Origin: an uncultured Candidatus Saccharibacteria bacterium
Lineage (GTDB): Bacteria; Patescibacteriota; Minisyncoccia; Phycocordibacterales; UBA918
Direction: 5' to 3'
Assembly (NCBI GenBank): GCA_964350645.1
Contig: CAYGJY010000001.1
Location: 399,939 to 463,938, forward strand
DNA: 64,000 nt
Below the pieces are notes generated by a model. The model was not told the DNA's origin. It did not search any database and saw only the letters and a list, made by a program, of their open reading frames with translations. Positions 9,008 to 20,900 of this stretch are shown here, one piece after another (the first letter of the stretch is position 1; each line of letters opens with the position of its first letter). The position numbers and the translations under genes were made by a program.

Positions 9008-10330
9008 TTATGATTTATAGCTTACATCAACACCTTGGGCGATTAATTTCTCAAAATATCGAGTGAGTGAATCAGCTTCTTTCTCATCAAGTGCTAGCCC
9101 ACCAACCGTCACCCCTTTTGACATTTTTTCGTTAAAGTCGCTCACATGAATGACACCAGTCACCCGGTCTGCAATAATATCAACTAGGTTCTCATTTTGC
9201 TTTTTGGAAAGTTTAATACGCTTTGACTGCAGGAGGTGGTCACGCAAACGTTCGGCTAGCTGATGCTGCGAGAAGAATGAGTGCTCATCGACTTTTTTAG
9301 ATCGAAAACGTTTGATGTCACTTGCTTGGTCAATGATCTTGGTAGCAGTCGATGCCATTTGCAATGCAACTTTGTGATTGATTTCTACACCGCCAGCTTC
9401 GTATTTTGTTTCTAACATTTTAACAAAGTCAGATTTTTGGATTCGTCCATTGATATATAGATTGAGAGCTTTTTCGAGACGCATTAACTGGTCATACGTA
9501 TAATCCTGAGTCAGGTAATTCACCATACTTTTAACACGAAGCGTGTCGACTGAATCATACGGAAATAGACGCGCTAACTGTTCGAGCTCTGTTACTATCG
9601 TCTCCCCTTCTTTAACTGGTTTGATTTGCTTGCGTTGAGGGTTTACCACTTCACGGACCACAAAACCATCTTTCAAATAATACACTCGATGAGCGTAACT
9701 CAAGTGGGCAGCATTATGGGAAACCATAATAATCGTCCGTCGATCGAACGTGTTAATTTCATCGATTTTATCCATCACCTGCTGTGTTGACACTGAATCA
9801 AGGTTTCCAGTCGGTTCATCCGCCAAAAGAATTTTTGGATCGTTAATCATCGAGCGAGCCACAGATACACGCTGTTGTTGACCTCCCGAAAGCATCGCAG
9901 GAATTTTGTGTGATACATGTCCTACTCCAAAACGATCGAGCAGCAACTGTGCCCGGCGTTCACGCGTGGCTTTATCACCATTACAAAAAATCATTGGCAG
10001 AGCCACGTTGTCGAGCACTGATAGTGACTTAATCAAGTTGAATGACTGGAAAATAATTCCCATTACATAACGCTGAAAGTACACTCGCTCCTGAGGTGGG
10101 TAGGAATAAATGTCATCACCTTTGATAAGCAAGGTACCCTCTCCCGGTGGCAAGGAGCCCTGAATCGAATACATCAACGTCGACTTACCCGAACCAGAAG
10201 CACCAAACAAAATAATGTATTCACCTTCGTAAATATCAGTATTAACCCCTTGCAAGGCTTTAAATTCATTGCTCTTTCCCTTGTTATAAATGATCGAAAG
10301 ATCACGACAAATAATAAACGGCTTCGCCAT
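9008..10330 (-). CDS. LolD/MacB-type ABC ATP-binding protein with a ~200-aa C-terminal extension
   Basis: Walker A GASGSGKS, signature LSGGQQQRV, ILLADEPTGNLD; AGGAG ribosome-binding site upstream. Confidence 0.92.
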   Translation of the reverse strand: MAKPFIICRDLSIIYNKGKSNEFKALQGVNTDIYEGEYIILFGASGSGKSTLMYSIQGSLPPGEGTLLIKGDDIYSYPPQERVYFQRYVMGIIFQSFNLIKSLSVLDNVALPMIFCNGDKATRERRAQLLLDRFGVGHVSHKIPAMLSGGQQQRVSVARSMINDPKILLADEPTGNLDSVSTQQVMDKIDEINTFDRRTIIMVSHNAAHLSYAHRVYYLKDGFVVREVVNPQRKQIKPVKEGETIVTELEQLARLFPYDSVDTLRVKSMVNYLTQDYTYDQLMRLEKALNLYINGRIQKSDFVKMLETKYEAGGVEINHKVALQMASTATKIIDQASDIKRFRSKKVDEHSFFSQHQLAERLRDHLLQSKRIKLSKKQNENLVDIIADRVTGVIHVSDFNEKMSKGVTVGGLALDEKEADSLTRYFEKLIAQGVDVSYKS

Positions 10331-10466
10331 AAAAAATACTCCTTAATTACACCACAGTTTGCGAATTAACCGACCATTCGTATCCACACGTAATAAATTA
10401 TTAACAAAAAACTTTAGTATCCCCATGCAAAAAAAGATAGACATAATACACCTACAGTAACAATAT

Positions 10467-11978
10467 TTATCCACCAATGTTCTTAACCCAGCCAAAAGTA
10501 CTTTCAAAGTTTTCGAGAATGAGGTCGATGATGTTCTTTTCTTGGATTGGCGTGAAGAGGACAAAGTTTTCTGATTTTCTACTATTACCAGCTTCATCCG
10601 TACAATCAAGCCAAAATTGATAGACCGTCGCTGATGCAAAATCAACAATCACTTCAACGTGCCTTTCAGCATAGCTAATTTCTTCTGCCTCAATGACTGT
10701 TGGCTCAACACCACCTGCAACACCTTCTCGATATGTCATGGTGCAGTAGGCTGGCTCATCAGTATTCCACTCTACGATGGTTTGAATACGTGATTCTCCA
10801 CCAGGAAATAAGGTTGATTCATTAGTTACGTTGGTAATGAGTGGCGGAGCGGTATCTTTTACTGTAATGAATGTAATTGGTTGACTCTTTACTCGATCAC
10901 CACCACCATTTTCTGCAATCACAAAAGCTACATAGCGCGTTCCAAGTGTAAGGTCAGCGATACGCATCTGGTGTGAGGTAAGCAGCGTTGGCCGCCCTTT
11001 GGAGTTTTGGATACCCGTTGTGAGATCCTGATACTCAACCAGCGCTTTGGCTGGTACCGTCGTATCCCAAGCAAGTGTAGCTGCATCTTCCTCTACTTTT
11101 ATGATGCGCAAATTTCTGATTTCTGGTAATGAAGCTTTCGTCTTAAAGGTATAGTCAAAACTCTCACCTGTAATACCAAGACCATCAGTAGATCTCACCT
11201 GGAAGTGATACTCAGTGAACGGTTCGAGACCAATGAGTCTGACGGCGTGTTGAGCTACCGGATCACCCGGATCAGACTGAGCTAACGTATAATTTCCTGG
11301 CGTATATTCACTGGCTGGTGCAAATAATACTTCAGAGCTCGCTTCACGGTCAGTAGTCCACTCGACTAACGCGGAGGTAGTTTCTGGTGTAACCGTCGGT
11401 GGCCCAACGATTGTCAGGTCCTCAGTAATACCCTGAATCGCCTTTACGGTTTCGTTCAAAATTTCTTGGAGTTGCTGAGGATTAGAAATCTGCTGAATCT
11501 GCTCTTTGATTTCTTGGACCGTTTGAGTTTCAACTTGAACTTGTGAAGTAGTGGTAGTTTCAGTGGTTGTCTCTGAATCGCTTTGTCCATCACCACTACC
11601 TTCTTCAGTCGGCGGCTCTCCTAACTGGACTTTATAGTCGGCGGAAATACCTTGGTTCCCTTCTTCATCTGAAGAGACAACTCGGAAATGATATGTCCGA
11701 CCTGGCTCCAGATCATCAATAGTAATCGAGTGTTCACGACGCGTCGCTTCAGGTAAACGAACAATTCCGTAGTCATCTTTCAGACCATAGTTAACAATCG
11801 AGTCGGCGTCTTCATCTGTTTCCCAGGTAATAGTTACACTATCTTCTTGCACGTCAATGACCTGCACATTATTAATTTCTGGGGCACTCACATCACTAGA
11901 CTGCGCATAGGCAACACTGGTAGCCATACCCGCCAGTAAAAGCGCCGCGAACAACTTCGATCTCATAGTGCTAATCAT
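10467..11978 (-). CDS. Secreted fibronectin type III repeat protein (four Fn3-like domains)
   Basis: Signal peptide; four repeats of (I/V/L)xW(E/T/D/N)T(D/T)..H.V.I..L.P.T.Y.F.V.S.D..GN; amphipathic C-terminus. Confidence 0.85.
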   Translation of the reverse strand: MISTMRSKLFAALLLAGMATSVAYAQSSDVSAPEINNVQVIDVQEDSVTITWETDEDADSIVNYGLKDDYGIVRLPEATRREHSITIDDLEPGRTYHFRVVSSDEEGNQGISADYKVQLGEPPTEEGSGDGQSDSETTTETTTTSQVQVETQTVQEIKEQIQQISNPQQLQEILNETVKAIQGITEDLTIVGPPTVTPETTSALVEWTTDREASSEVLFAPASEYTPGNYTLAQSDPGDPVAQHAVRLIGLEPFTEYHFQVRSTDGLGITGESFDYTFKTKASLPEIRNLRIIKVEEDAATLAWDTTVPAKALVEYQDLTTGIQNSKGRPTLLTSHQMRIADLTLGTRYVAFVIAENGGGDRVKSQPITFITVKDTAPPLITNVTNESTLFPGGESRIQTIVEWNTDEPAYCTMTYREGVAGGVEPTVIEAEEISYAERHVEVIVDFASATVYQFWLDCTDEAGNSRKSENFVLFTPIQEKNIIDLILENFESTFGWVKNIGG

Positions 11979-11982
11979 AGCA

Positions 11983-14900
11983 TTAGTCCCCAGTTACGTA
12001 GAAGGTATTTACCCCACTGTGCGGATTACTCTTTGTACCAAACGGGATAGCAATTCCCCAATAAATCTCGTCAGCAACTGGCGGTGAGACGGTGATTGGT
12101 TTTGACAAATCGACTTCAATCAACTGCGGAGTCGTACTTGGAAGATTAAAGCAGTCAACACATGAACTGTACGTAAATGTCGACGTTGAGAAAATTTGCT
12201 GAGTAGCTGGGATAAATGATGTCAAACCATCGGTCAGATCAGTTCCTTCGATTTCAATGTCGATGGCAGCGTTACCAATGTTGGCAACAGTGGTTGATGC
12301 ATTGGTCGATCCGGTGTCATCGAAGACAGCCAGCGCTCCGTAGTCGATATCATCATCAACTTCAAGAGCCCACATTGTTAGTAGATCAATACCTGGACTG
12401 GTCGCCAAATTACTCGCACCACTCTTATCAACCACTTCCAAGAAGGCATACCATAACTCTCCACCGTCGGTATCCGTCGGGTCAGCATGGAAGGCAAAGT
12501 CAGCGTAACACTGTAATTCACAGCTATTACCACTACAGTTCGTAAAGCTACATTGTGGTGTTGTGGTAGCAATATAACAGTTGTTATTGTCCGCCGTACA
12601 TGCGGCAGTGGCTGTCGTAGTAAACATAGTGGAGGTAGCCGCATCTAGATCGGTGTAGCCGTTGAGGTCAGTCACCGTCGTGGTTGCAAAGACTCTGGCA
12701 GTTCCGCCTGGGTTCAAGATAATATTCTGACCAAGGTTGAACTGAATTGGGCCAAATGTTGGAGGGAACTGCAGTGTCAACTCTGCGACTCGAGCGTATG
12801 AATCAAGTACTGAACCGTTATCGGTTACTCGGAAACAGTACGCCTCATCTGCTGCATTAGCAGTGACTACCACAGCATACTCAACTTCTGTATAGTCACC
12901 CTGGTTAATAGAAAGACCAGCAGTCTTATTCGATGGATCTTCAACAAATGCACCGGCACTGAAATCACCAATCGTACCCGTAAGAAGATCTACCGTGGCT
13001 GCACCGTTAGCCACAGTGGTAGAGGTCGCCATACAGATCGCTGAACTACCGCATGATGCGTCAACTGGCACTGCAGCGTAACTGCCACCAGAGACTGCCG
13101 CACAGGTTGGTGCGGCTCCTTTGCCAGCAAACTCAAGAGTCAGTAGCTGACCAGTCAAATCGAGACCACCGTTTTCAATAGCCAGTCGCAGGCGTTGTGG
13201 TACACCGATAGTAACCGTATCGAGAGTAGTATTTTGTGCTTTTGCCCAACTTGCACCACCGTCAGTCTGTTCAACACCAAAGTAAATAGTTGGCTCTTGA
13301 TTGAGTCGTGGTCGAGACAAGAAGCTGTCCCAGCCACCGTTATTTGTCCAGTACGTAAAGCCGTATCCTCCAGATGAATAGGTTGAATCAGCCGCTGACA
13401 CCGATGCCAATAGTGAACCTACTGGATCAAAGACCGTAACGTCAATCGAATCATCGGTCTGCCAATCAATTTCTACTTCATACCAACCAGTACCTGCAGT
13501 AGTGAAGGCAGCTGATGAAGTTGCCAACCTAACAACTGGTGTGAAACTGTCATTGCGGCGAGCATTTTTCACCAACGACACTCGCTCAGTACCGAAGAGC
13601 TCCATACACACACCATAGTTCTGGAAGCCAGATACCGGTGCCTGCACACCGAAGAGCGTACATATCTCGTCAGAGTCACCATCATCAACATCAATATACT
13701 GACGGTAGCGGATAATCTCACCCTGACTGACCGTCTGATCAAAGCGGGACATACCACCATTTGAGAAGTTTCCTGGGACAACCGCACTGAGTCCATATGA
13801 ACCACCAAAATTAAATGCTGCATTTGTCTGGAAATCACTTGTTTGGCCACTGTATTCGGAAATATTATTGTCCTCAAAATCATCCGCAGCGATAAATGTA
13901 GCGGTACTCGAACTGGTGGTGTTAACTGCCACGTTATCGTAGTACATATAAATACTTGTTACTGTGTCGCTCAGTAACGTCGGTACTGACACCCACACAA
14001 GAGCTTCAGTACTAGCGGTGAAACTTTCAACCCAATACGGAATCTCAGTTGTGCCATCGTCACTCGTGAAGCGGAGATCTTCAAAGTCACTCTGCATGTT
14101 GGCATCATATGGAATAGTAATTTCAATCGCTGCATCAGTGTAGGTTGATGCATCGCGGTTACGTAGACGAATCTGCTGTCGCTTATCCCAATCAGTATCA
14201 AACCACTCATCAGCTGGTACGCCAAGACCTCCATCATCATTGCGCCAACGATATTGAGTCTGTTCAATTAGTTGACAATCACTATCGTCCCAACGGATGG
14301 ATCCACAATCATCACTGACGTCACCATCATTATCAAACGCCTCACCGTAGAGTGATCCGCCACCATTTCGGAACGTCCAGGCACTGGTGGTGGTTGCTTC
14401 AAGATCGACGTTAGTACCAGAGAAACCTCCGTTATAGAAGTACGTGCCATCAATAATCAACGACGCATTCGCATCAAGCGCACTGGAGGCGAGCGAAATC
14501 ACTGCGCCAGTACTTGTGCTAAGTGTGAAGGAACCATTGTCGAGCAAGATAACAGTTGTGGTACCGAGTAGATTAAGCCCAAAATCATCCATTCCACTTA
14601 TATCAAAGTATTCTGCTTCGAAGGTACCACCAGCAAAAGTAAATCCATATGTGCCAGTATCAGACTGTACCGTCGTGGTTGCCGCATCAACACCAACAAT
14701 CTCAAGACGACCGTTATTACCAATACTGATACTTGAAGTCGCTGCATCAACAAAAGTTACCGTAACTGGCCGCGCGCTTGCACCAAGTGTCGAACCATCG
14801 AAATTCTGGTCATTATTCCAAAACTCAGTCGTTGTATCAATATTAAAGTCACCATAAATGAAGAGATCCCCGGGGGTGCCCGCATGATCTTGTGAATACC

Positions 14901-17900
14901 ACGAAGTAGGAGCTGTTAGTTTCGGTGTCGTCGCAGAACTATCCCAGCTACGAATATTGGTGTTAGCGGCAATTTCTAGTGTACTGTACACGTCACCTCC
15001 AGAGTTTTTAGTGTTAATACTGTAGTCAGTACCAGACAAGAGGCGCAAAGTTGAACTGAGCCACGTCGTATTAGCACCGCCAACCGCATTAGTGAAGACA
15101 CCACCAACTGACAATGTTTGGTTAGTATCGAGGGTAAATTGATTAGCACTGCTCAAGCTAAAGTTGTTAGTGACAGTAGCGGTTTGGAAAATCCAACCAC
15201 CATTAAGTCCGCCGATCACCACATTATAAAATTCATTTGCACCCGGATTGACTGTTTCTCCAAGGTCACTTGAATTGAAGAGAATGGTTCCAGTAGCAGT
15301 ATTCATAATACCGTTTGTCGCATCAAGTGAACCGCCAATTGCTAATGTTGTTGACGCAACGTTGAGTGTTCCACTCGCAATAGTGAGTGAACCGGCGAGA
15401 TTTACCTCAACATCGGTCATAGTGAATTCTGCTCCACCTACGATATCAAGTGACCCCAATGACTCATTCGAAAGTGTTAGGTCAGCTGTACCGGTGTTTT
15501 GTGCGAGTGCCAGTGTTCCACCATTGGCAGTGATCGTATCGAGCACAATAAAGTTTGCCCCAACTACTAGGGTGTCACTTGGCAACGTCACAGCTCCAGT
15601 AGTGACCACGAAACTGTCAGTTGCTGTCGCATTAACATCACTGATAGTCCAACTACCTGCTCCGTTGAAGACTACCTCATTGGCATCATTACCGCCGAAG
15701 GTCACTGTTTCACCACCAGTACCAGACGTAAACACAAGCCGACCACCGTTGGCATCAAACGTATCACTATTTACAAATGAACCAGCGACAGTCGTGGTGG
15801 CCGTTGGTAACGTCAATGATCCGGCAGTAATTGTGAGATCATCATTGGTAGTAAGCGTCACGTTAGTCACTGCCCAATCCCCAGCACCATTAAAGACCAC
15901 TGTGTTAAAAGCCTGATCGTTGGTGTCAATTAGCCGACCAGCATCATCAGTTGTAAACGTAAACGTAGAGTTGGCTGCTTCAAAGACTGCATCAGTACCA
16001 AAAATGAGACTGCCGCCAATAGAATGACTCTCGCTGCCAGCTGCGGTGAAAATTGCATCCGCTCGCGCTTCAAGTGTACCGTCATAGGCTGCACCCGCTC
16101 CGCCACCGCTTAAGGTAATATTTCCTCCTGGGGCAAACTCCTTCGTGTCCCAAATCAGCAACTTTGCATTGGCCGGTAATGTCAGAGTATCGGTACCAGC
16201 GTCGATCGCCGTAAATGGAATATCAGCATCGTTTGAACTATCAAAGACTGCCATATCTTCAATGGTAATCGGATCAGTGTTAGCGTGACGGACGATCACG
16301 TGGTTTTCATAGAGATCCATATCAGTGATTGATGTAATTGGATCAATCGTAACAGTAGATGCTTTTTCAGCTTCACCATTGATGTAAAGTGTCAGCGTAT
16401 CGTTAGCGCTGAAAGAAATGTCTGAAATACTATATGAACCATCAGCACTGGAGCAAGATGACGAGGCTTGCTGAGCCAAACTACCCGCAATCGCCAAGAC
16501 AATGTTAGTTGTACTATCATCACAAGCTGTCGAAACAGAACTTTCGTTGGACTGATAGACATTACCAGAAATTGTAATGATGGCAGCTGAGTCATCCCAA
16601 ATAATTTCACCCGGATCACCGGTATCAAGGTCATAATCTTCACCATCACGATTGCCACTGTGTTCGGTAAAGCGCCAGGCACTAAGCGAACTGCCTAGTA
16701 ACTCGACGTTGATTGCCCCAGTCACACCTGTATCAGCATTGAAACTACTACCACTAAAATTTTTGGCTGGGTTGGCATTAATAACTGATCCCTGGACACT
16801 AACCATACTGGCACTATTAATCTCAGCCAAGAGGTCGAGATTAGCAAAACCAGACACTATTGGTGTGCCAGTAAATTGCACACCATCGCTATCGATGTTT
16901 CGAACTAAGACTTCATTCCAATTGAAAGCCGTAGTGCCCCCAACAATCAGGGCATACGTGCCCGAACCTTGATTTTGAATCGTCGTGGTAGCAGTACTGG
17001 TACCAATCGCGCGCAGCGCACCAGCTGTCCATGATGCACTACCACCACCCTCAACATACACATCAACTTGCCGCTCATTACCACCAGTAAGATCAGTACC
17101 ATCAAAGTCAATTGCATAACTCCAATAATCACTAAAGGTGCTATTTTGATAATCACCAAAGATATAGAGATCCCCGGTTATATCAGTATGATCCATTGAG
17201 TAAAGTGATCCACCATTTGTAGTTACACTGCCGACAATTGAGTTCCACATACGCGGATGGGTACTGGCTCCAACAATAATATTTTCGTACACGTCAGTAG
17301 TGGTACTGGCATTGATTTCATAAGCTTGACCACCGTAGAGATAGAGAGTTGAGCCAGTCCAGGTAGTAGCTCCTCCACCGACTTCATTACTAAATGTTCC
17401 ACCAACGGCAAATTGAGTGCTCGGATTAACGGTTACAAGTGACGTTGATGCAAAGACTACATCATTACTTGACGTTGCACTTTCGGTGAAAGTAGCTAGC
17501 CCAGTTCCAGCCAAGGTGAGGTCGGCAAAGTCACTGCCGCCAGCAGCAATCGTGTGCGCTCCAGTTCCATCAAAGTACACCAAGCCACTATTAGCATTAA
17601 ACGTACCAGTGTTGGTGAAGCTGCCAGAAAGCGTCAGCGTATTACTATCACTCGCTGACAACGTGCCGTTTGCCCCAATTCGAACGTCACCCAGGACCGT
17701 CATGACTGGATCACTCGTGTTGAGATTAGCAGTCGTTGGTGCCGTACCAGCAACTACCAAATCATTTTGAACTAGTACACCCAGCGCTCCGAAACTATAT
17801 ACGGGCGTGCCAGCGCTACCAGCAATTGTCAGATTGTAATACGGAGTCGAAAGGATATTAGCCGATGCTACTCCACCATATGTAACCGTACTCGTGTCTT

Positions 17901-20900
17901 CGAGGAAAGTCCCTGATTCAACAAAGATAGTGCCAGAACCAGTCAGACTCCAGAATGATGAACCGGCATCAAGGAAATGCCCAGCAGCAATAGTTAATAC
18001 TCCGCCGACAGTTGTTGTGGCAGTATTGGTTCTCGTTGTCGTCCCAGTTACGGCGCCGTTACCCAAGGTAAGATCGAAGAACGTCCAACCCTGGGTACCA
18101 CCAAGTTCAGTCGTCGTTTCTACTGTAACTTCCCCACCACCCATTGACACCAATCCGTCACCACTGAATGTACCTGCTTGGAGTGTAATATCACCGGTAC
18201 CGGTCACCGTTCCCGTAGCTACCGTCATGTCAGCTCCGATTAGTAAATCTGAGTTGATGTTCCAACCGCCGCCAACTCCTGTAAATGCAAGTTCACGGAA
18301 CGTCGTTAAAGTAGCATCATCATGAGTAATGGCTTTACCGGTCGTAGTAGCGGTGAAAGTAAAGGTAGTTGAAGCAGCGGTGAAAGTTGAACCAGTATCC
18401 TGGAAGAAACTACCACCAATACTGTGTGACTGGTTAGTAGCCGCTGTGAAAATAGCGCTGTTATCAATATGTAATGAACCATCGTAGACGGCACCAGAGC
18501 CACCTGATTGTAGGGTAATATTTCCACCTGGTATAAACGTCGTGCTTGAAGCTATCAGTAGTTCGGTTTCTGGTCGTACAATCAAGGTATTGGTCGTACC
18601 GGTTGCCGCCACAAAACGTAAATCAGGATCATCTGTTTCATCAAAGACAGCCATCCGAGCAATGGTCATCGGCGCCACGTCTTCATGGCGTGTCATGACA
18701 CGATTAGCATACACATCTAAATCAATGATATCTCCAGTTGGTGTTCGCGTAACGATACTTCCCTTTGCAGCCACATTGTCGAGGTATACAACAATTGTTG
18801 GATCACCACCATATGACACATTACTAAAGCTGTAACTGCCATCGAGACCAGCACATGGTACTGAATCAGTGTACGCACCACCATCAACTACGATGGTAAC
18901 CGCATCAGTCACACCATCACACGTTGGACCACCAAGTGTACTTGCCCCATCATCAGCATAGACAGTACCTGCAACTGTAATCTGGTAATTACTATCATCC
19001 CAACGGATATTACCTGGATCTAAGTCACCCGTATCATAATCTTCACCATAACGATCACCGGATCCTTCACGGAACCACCAAAAAGAATTTGGTGATCCAC
19101 TTAAGGTTACGTTGACATTACCACCACCGGTGACAAAGTCGGTATTGAAGTATTGAGCAGCCGGGTTAGTGTCGATCGTGCTTGCATCCACCGTTACAGC
19201 TGATGAAACTGCCGGGATAGTAAAGAGAAGATTATCAAAAGTAGTGACGGTCGTTGAGCTAAGCAACTGGAAGCCACTTGGGTCTGTGCCTGTCATAGTA
19301 AAGTATTCGGCGTTTAAGGTGGCTCCTTCTGTTGCGAGTGCAAATGAACCACTCTGGGCATCAACTGTTGTTGAAGCGCTGCTCGTGCCAATAATAGACA
19401 AGTTTGAGGAGCTAGCAATCACACTTGCACCATTAGCGACGCGCACATCAACCTGCCGCTCACTGCCACCTGAGAGATCAGCGCCATCAAAGTCAGTGGC
19501 ATAGCTCCAATGTTCAGTGCCGGCACTACGAACATACTCACCAAAGATATACAAGTCACCGCTATTACCCGCATGATCTTGAGAGTAGATCGACGCAGTA
19601 TCTTGGGTATCGTATGTTGCAGCAGTACTATTCCACATAGCAATATCGCCATCACCGGTAATTGACAAGATGTTGTAATCATCACCGTCGTTAGTCTTGT
19701 CGTTAAAGGTAAAGTCTCCACCACCACTTAATAACAATGTGGCTCCAGCCCAACTAGTCGAGGCATTACTCATAGCGTTCGAGAACGTGCCGGTAGACTC
19801 AAGTGTCAGAGCTGTATCTACTGTGAAATCATTACCATCGATTAGAGTAATAGCATTGGTTGCAGTGGCTGCTTCAGTCACGGTCCAGCCACCACCATCA
19901 CCATTAAATGCTAGGGTATAGAAAGATGAGACACCTGGAGCGACAGAGTGCCCAGTTGTATTGGCATTAAAGGTAACGGCTCCGGTGCCAGCCGAGAACG
20001 TTGCATCATTGTCAAATGAGCCTCCGATAGAGAAATTGGTGCTTGGGAATTGCGCCGACGCACTTTCAATCACTACGTCACCAGTTGCAGTCACACTCGC
20101 ATCAGCAAAAATACGAGTGCTCGTGCCTCCGCCAGAGGTAACACTATAGAAGGTTGTTGGCGCAGACATATTGCTGTATTCAGCTGCAATCCAATCGGCT
20201 GATCTTTCAATTTGTGAAATTCTAAACTCATCAACCAATCCACCAAAGTCAAAAGCTGTCTGCCAGCGACCAATGTTTGAACCACCCGTGTTGGTTGGAA
20301 TCGTAGTTTCAGCACCAGTCCTGGTATTTCGCAGTACACCATCCACATAAATATAGCGATTGCCTGCCTGCATAGCTGAAGTAACTAATTGCCAGGTACC
20401 ACCAGCTGAAATTCCCGTTGGTGCGGCGTCAACGCGGTTTCCGGTACCAGTACCCCCGACGCTAAATGTATAGGTATCGTTGTTGGTGGTACCGCTAATA
20501 TTGTCCCAAATCAAAATTGGCGTCCCACTTTGGGTAGCAAACAATACGTCATCTGCACCATCTTCATTTACATTTACCCACGTAGAGATAGTAACTTCGC
20601 TACCACCATTAAGTTCAGATAGGTTGCTGTTCAAATTAATATAATCATCACCGCCACTGTCAGTGATACTGACAGCTGTTCCTAATATTCCTGTAGTGGT
20701 TGTCAATGTTCCAACCGCCGTTGCATCTCGATCAAAACTGGTTGAATCAACTGCATCTTCATCCTCCATGTGATAGACAGCTAAGAAGTCATCATCCCAG
20801 ACATTTTCTGCTCCCAGCGGATCATCGATCAGATAATCACTTTCGCCACTATTGCCATAATACACATAGAAAGTACTGTTCGTGGTTGAAGACAACGTAG

